Shown: positions 60,032-64,000 of the stretch, piece after piece | How positions within the stretch are numbered: the stretch's first letter is position 1 | Layout: the number at the start of each line of letters is the position of its first letter | DNA from: Leptogorgia sarmentosa | Taxonomy: Eukaryota | Assembly: GCA_964658305.1 (NCBI GenBank) | Contig: OZ210885.1 | Coordinates: 1,302,001-1,366,000, forward strand | DNA length: 64,000 nt | Direction: 5' to 3' | The notes under the pieces: model-generated | Told to the model about the DNA's origin: nothing | Seen by the model: the letters and a program-made list of their open reading frames with translations, nothing else | Databases searched by the model: none | Made by a program: the position numbers and the translations under genes

Positions 60032-63000
60032 ATGGTTTCAGTCCTCAGTGAATCCCAGCTAAAGAAATTGGCAAAGCATAAGTATAATGCAGTTGTTGAA
60101 ACTTTACTTGATCCCTACTTGCAAGTTTGGTGGAAATGGTTTATTGAGAAATTTATTCCCCTCTGGCTTGCTCCAAATACTATAACAATCTTGGGGTTAT
60201 TAATAAACTTGATTACTACATTGGTATTAGTCTATTTCTCACCTCAAGCCCGATCAGAGGTAAACAAATGATAAATATTACTATGTTTATATGTGCCGCT
60301 GAATATATGCAATATTCCATGCAATACACAGCTAATAGTATACATTGTGTGCTTGTATTTATGATTTATGTATGAACCCTTAAAAAACGGCAAACAAAGC
60401 TTTTTGTACTTTTGCCTTCACTCTTTGCATGTTAAGATGTATGAAGAACAGTTTAACAGGTTTAGGAAGAGATTAAAATATGAATGTTAGTGGAATGTTG
60501 CAATGTGGCAATATGTACTGCAGAAGTTTGTTATTGTTTCAGATGGCTCCCTGCAGGTAATGGACCACATGTAAGATAAGAAATATATAGAACAGTAATA
60601 ATTCTGTGCTGTAAGAAATTACACCTTGCCTCTTCCTGAAGTTATGTGCCAAAGTTATTACTTTTGTGAATTTGTTACATGTAAATATGCCTGAAATGTT
60701 GCATGGTTCAGTAGTCATTCAAGGGTTGTTGAAAATTTGAGCTTTTGTTTAATGGACCATTCCTGCTTTCAGCTAAAATTGTTCCATGTCAGAAGAAAAA
60801 AATCCATCACCATAACTAGAAAGAGCTTCTTGGAATTATTAAAACTGTAAAGTTTCATCACACAATGTTTTAAAATGCAGAAAATTTTAGTCCAGTGAAA
60901 TTTGAAAATTTTTGTATACTTAAATTTGCATTACATGCAGAAATTTGCACTACAATTGAGCCAAAAGTTTTATTAGCATTGGCCAACCTATAGGAGCATT
61001 GCCCTGAAACTATGAGACAACCAGTTGTGCATGAGCATGTATGATCCCCATAGGATCTATAATTGACCTTTTCGGCTTAAAAAACACATGTAATAGCACA
61101 TGGAGATAAGAAGGAAACAAATCCAGTTAATTTTATTATGGAGACATTGGTAATTGCCTGAAAATAGTGAATTTCTTAGTTTGTACAATCGTATCAGATT
61201 TGTTTGTCTGAACTTTCATGATTTGTTCAAACTTTCAGGTTTGTCTGAATTTATATAAAGCTCGCACAATTACTGACATTACCAGTCCTGAAGATTTTCC
61301 GAATTAAATCATGCGAGTTTTGTTCAAAATCAAACGTCAAGTCTCGGCCAGACCTTGTGGACGTACAGTCTACATTTTTGCCCATGAGTTCCTAGAAAGG
61401 TCAATTAGACCATTTATTGTAAGTTTAGTTCATTTAAACATTTAATTTGACTCTTAATTAAAACTGGAACTTTCTGTGGTCCTTTACTTCAAGTAACCAT
61501 AGATTGTAATAAATAAAGGCATTAGCTTGTATGTGAAAAATCTAGTGTTTTAAATGTAGGCAGGAAAGCATATTCCTGCTATCCCTTTGAAGAACCTAAG
61601 CCAAAGTAGTATTATAGTATATACACATTAATTGTGAGCCCAAGATTTAATACTGTACATAAGACAATACTGTCTTGTACATTTTTCCACTCTGTATCTT
61701 CTTACCCATGAACAAAGGTCAAATCTTATTGTACCATTTTGAGTTATGTATATATAAGTATTAGAAACTTGATTGCTGCTTTTTTGGTGTAATAAATTGG
61801 CGAGTCAAGCTGTTTTTGTTTACTGTTGTTTGAACATTTCTGCTGACTTTTTCACATCTTCCAGGTTCCATCATGGAGTCTGCATCTGAATGGATTTGGA
61901 TTATTTATTTATCAAACTCTTGATGCAGTGGATGGGAAACAAGCACGCAGAACAGGATCTAGTTCACCACTCGGAGAGCTGTTCGATCATGGTTGTGATG
62001 CTATATCCATGGTTGTTGTTATCACTGGAGCAGCTGTAACTCTCAAACTTGGCCAACTTCCTCACTGGATGGTCACTGTGTCTGTCGGAGCGAGTGTTAT
62101 GTTTTATCTCACTCATTGGCGAGCATATGTCAGTGGAGTTGTTCGCTTTGGAAGGCAAGTTTATTCAGATAAAAACACAGAATGGGCGAACGATCTGCTT
62201 AGCAGCAATCGCTCATTTGTGGCTTTTTTCTGTTTCAGAATTGATGTAACTGAATTACAAATATTAGGAGTATTTATCTTTTTTCTCACGGGGTTTTGTG
62301 GACAAGATATCTTCTTAGCAAACGTGAGTCTATGTTAGAAAATTCAACGGATAGTTATTGAATAGTAAGCGTTTCAATAACTACCCCCGCCCCCCTCTCC
62401 TGGAACAGAAATTTGGTACCGAAAGCCTATTTGGAGTTTGTTCCTATCCTCTCATCTCATACTTATCCGGAGTGCTCCGAGTGGGCTAGATTATAGAATA
62501 CCCGTCCACTTTTGAAACTACTGTATGACTTGTTATCATGATATGATACGAAGTGAGAATAATGACGTAATATAATGTAGCGGGTATTTCAAGAAGTCTG
62601 GGCAAGGTATATTTTTTCGTGATACGATGATACGAAGTGAGAATAATGACGTTAGCGTTTAATGTTTGGGTCAGTGTTTACTGATAGGGTCAGTGTTTAT
62701 TGTTAGGGTTAGCCTAAAGTTACTGTTCGGGTCAGTGTTTATGTTCAAACAAGTCTGTTTCAAAAGTGGACGGGTATTCTATAATCGCTCCTTCGGTAGC
62801 GTCCTGGGAACAAGGGTTGGCGTAATTTTCCTGTTTATATGATTGTTCTTTGCTTCATGATTCTTTTCAGACTCTGATACTCTCGTTAGAATTGCGAGAA
62901 GTGTTGATGTATGGCGCTTTGCTGTCAGCCATAGTTGTAACGATACTGAACATTTATGAAATATTCCAAGGAGGTGTAGGAAAAAATGGATCTTCTGTAG

Positions 63001-64000
63001 CGGTAAGTGTTTTTATCTGTGATATTTCACTTGCGATAAATGCGAGCGATCCAACCCGGGCGCAATTAAAAATTTGCTGCCTTTCATGGCTAGCTAAATG
63101 AAAATCGTTTTGATGTTTATACATATGTATGACAATGAACGACCACAATGTACAAATACAGGAATAAAACACTGTTGTTGAAAATTTGGGCAGCCACTTG
63201 ACTAAATGCTTCTTCACGATGTAAAACATATGAAAAACAAAACGCTAAACTGCCAAGGGCGAAATAGAAGCAAATCCAAACCTTGTGCAAAAATAACCAG
63301 AGAAAGAACGCTTGGAAAATGAAGTTTAATTACCTGACATCAACTTTTGAAGACGTAAGAAAAACACTTCACCATACGGTGTTAGGCATTTTGTGCTTGA
63401 AATAAAAATAATGCATTAGCTGAAATACCTAATGCCTCATAACAAACTTTTTATCAACTTCGCTCCCTACAGAATGATCATACATGTCGTTCTCGTTTAA
63501 GACCTGGTTTTCCTGCTTGTGTGATTGAGAACATCAATGTATTATACCAATGCATGTATTAATACATATGTATAAAACAACTAGTTATTCATTTCATGTT
63601 TACTGTCAATCCTTTCGTGGACTTCACATTTTGCACTTCTTGTGACAGAACATGTTCTGCGTTTTATTAATAACTCGGCACAGGAAAGCATAAGTCAGTG
63701 AGGCCGTGGAAACAATTGCTATTGATCTTAAATTATATTCACGAAAATGTAAACAAATATGGCAATGTGTCGTTGCTGTAACTAATAACGGTAATAAAGG
63801 TAATTTTTGCTTCCAGTTTACTGACGTATACTTTCCGCATGGGTGTCAGTATTATTACTTAATTTATCACTTTAATATTTGTTTTTATATTCAGGATACC
63901 AGCGTGTTATCTCCAGCAGTACCATTTGTGATTACATTGTACCTCATCTATTACAATTATGCCTATTCAAAGAGCAATGTGTTCGCAAGAGCGCCTTGTT
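60032..64000 (+). CDS. CEPT1: Choline/ethanolamine phosphotransferase (CEPT1/CHPT1-like), 5' part; continues beyond window
   Basis: Exons 60032-60259, 61865-62154, 62239-62323, 62871-63002, 63895 onward; PLWLAPNTIT, CDP-alcohol phosphotransferase motif DAVDGKQARRTGSSSPLGELFDHGCD, DVTE, GKNGSSVA-TSVLSP. CEPT1 vs CHPT1 orthology not resolvable here. Confidence 0.92.
62489..62786. mobile_element. MITE with 30-bp TIR in CEPT1-like intron
   Basis: gattatagaatacccgtccacttttgaaac / gtttcaaaagtggacgggtattctataatc perfect inverted repeat. Confidence 0.8.

Noticed and set aside
62686..62712. Telomeric TTAGGG repeats
   Set aside because: Only one or two degenerate units, internal to a MITE.

Overview
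AT-rich, intron-containing animal genomic DNA; gene and repeat style suggests a cnidarian such as an octocoral, but this is inference. In order: (1) the last five exons of a receptor tyrosine kinase followed by a tandem, internally deleted copy; (2) three IRE1/RNase L-type Ser/Thr kinase genes that all stop without a KEN ribonuclease domain and carry different N-termini (a TRIM-type RING finger, a short Ser/Pro-rich region, a long tandem-repeat Ser/Pro-rich region); (3) a duplicated block holding one kinase gene plus the four NBD2 exons of ABCB1; (4) a complete 28-exon ABCB1/MDR-type transporter, a SAM methyltransferase with no coding intron and a clan-2 cytochrome P450, all co-oriented on the minus strand; (5) the 5' part of a choline/ethanolamine phosphotransferase. 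Introns carry many non-autonomous transposons (hAT-like, EnSpm/CMC-like, Tc1/mariner-like, a tRNA-derived SINE) and a palindromic satellite. The best candidates for undescribed biology are the modular KEN-less kinase cluster with its RING-kinase fusion and the P450-methyltransferase-ABCB cluster. All exon models and counts were done by hand and no database search was run.
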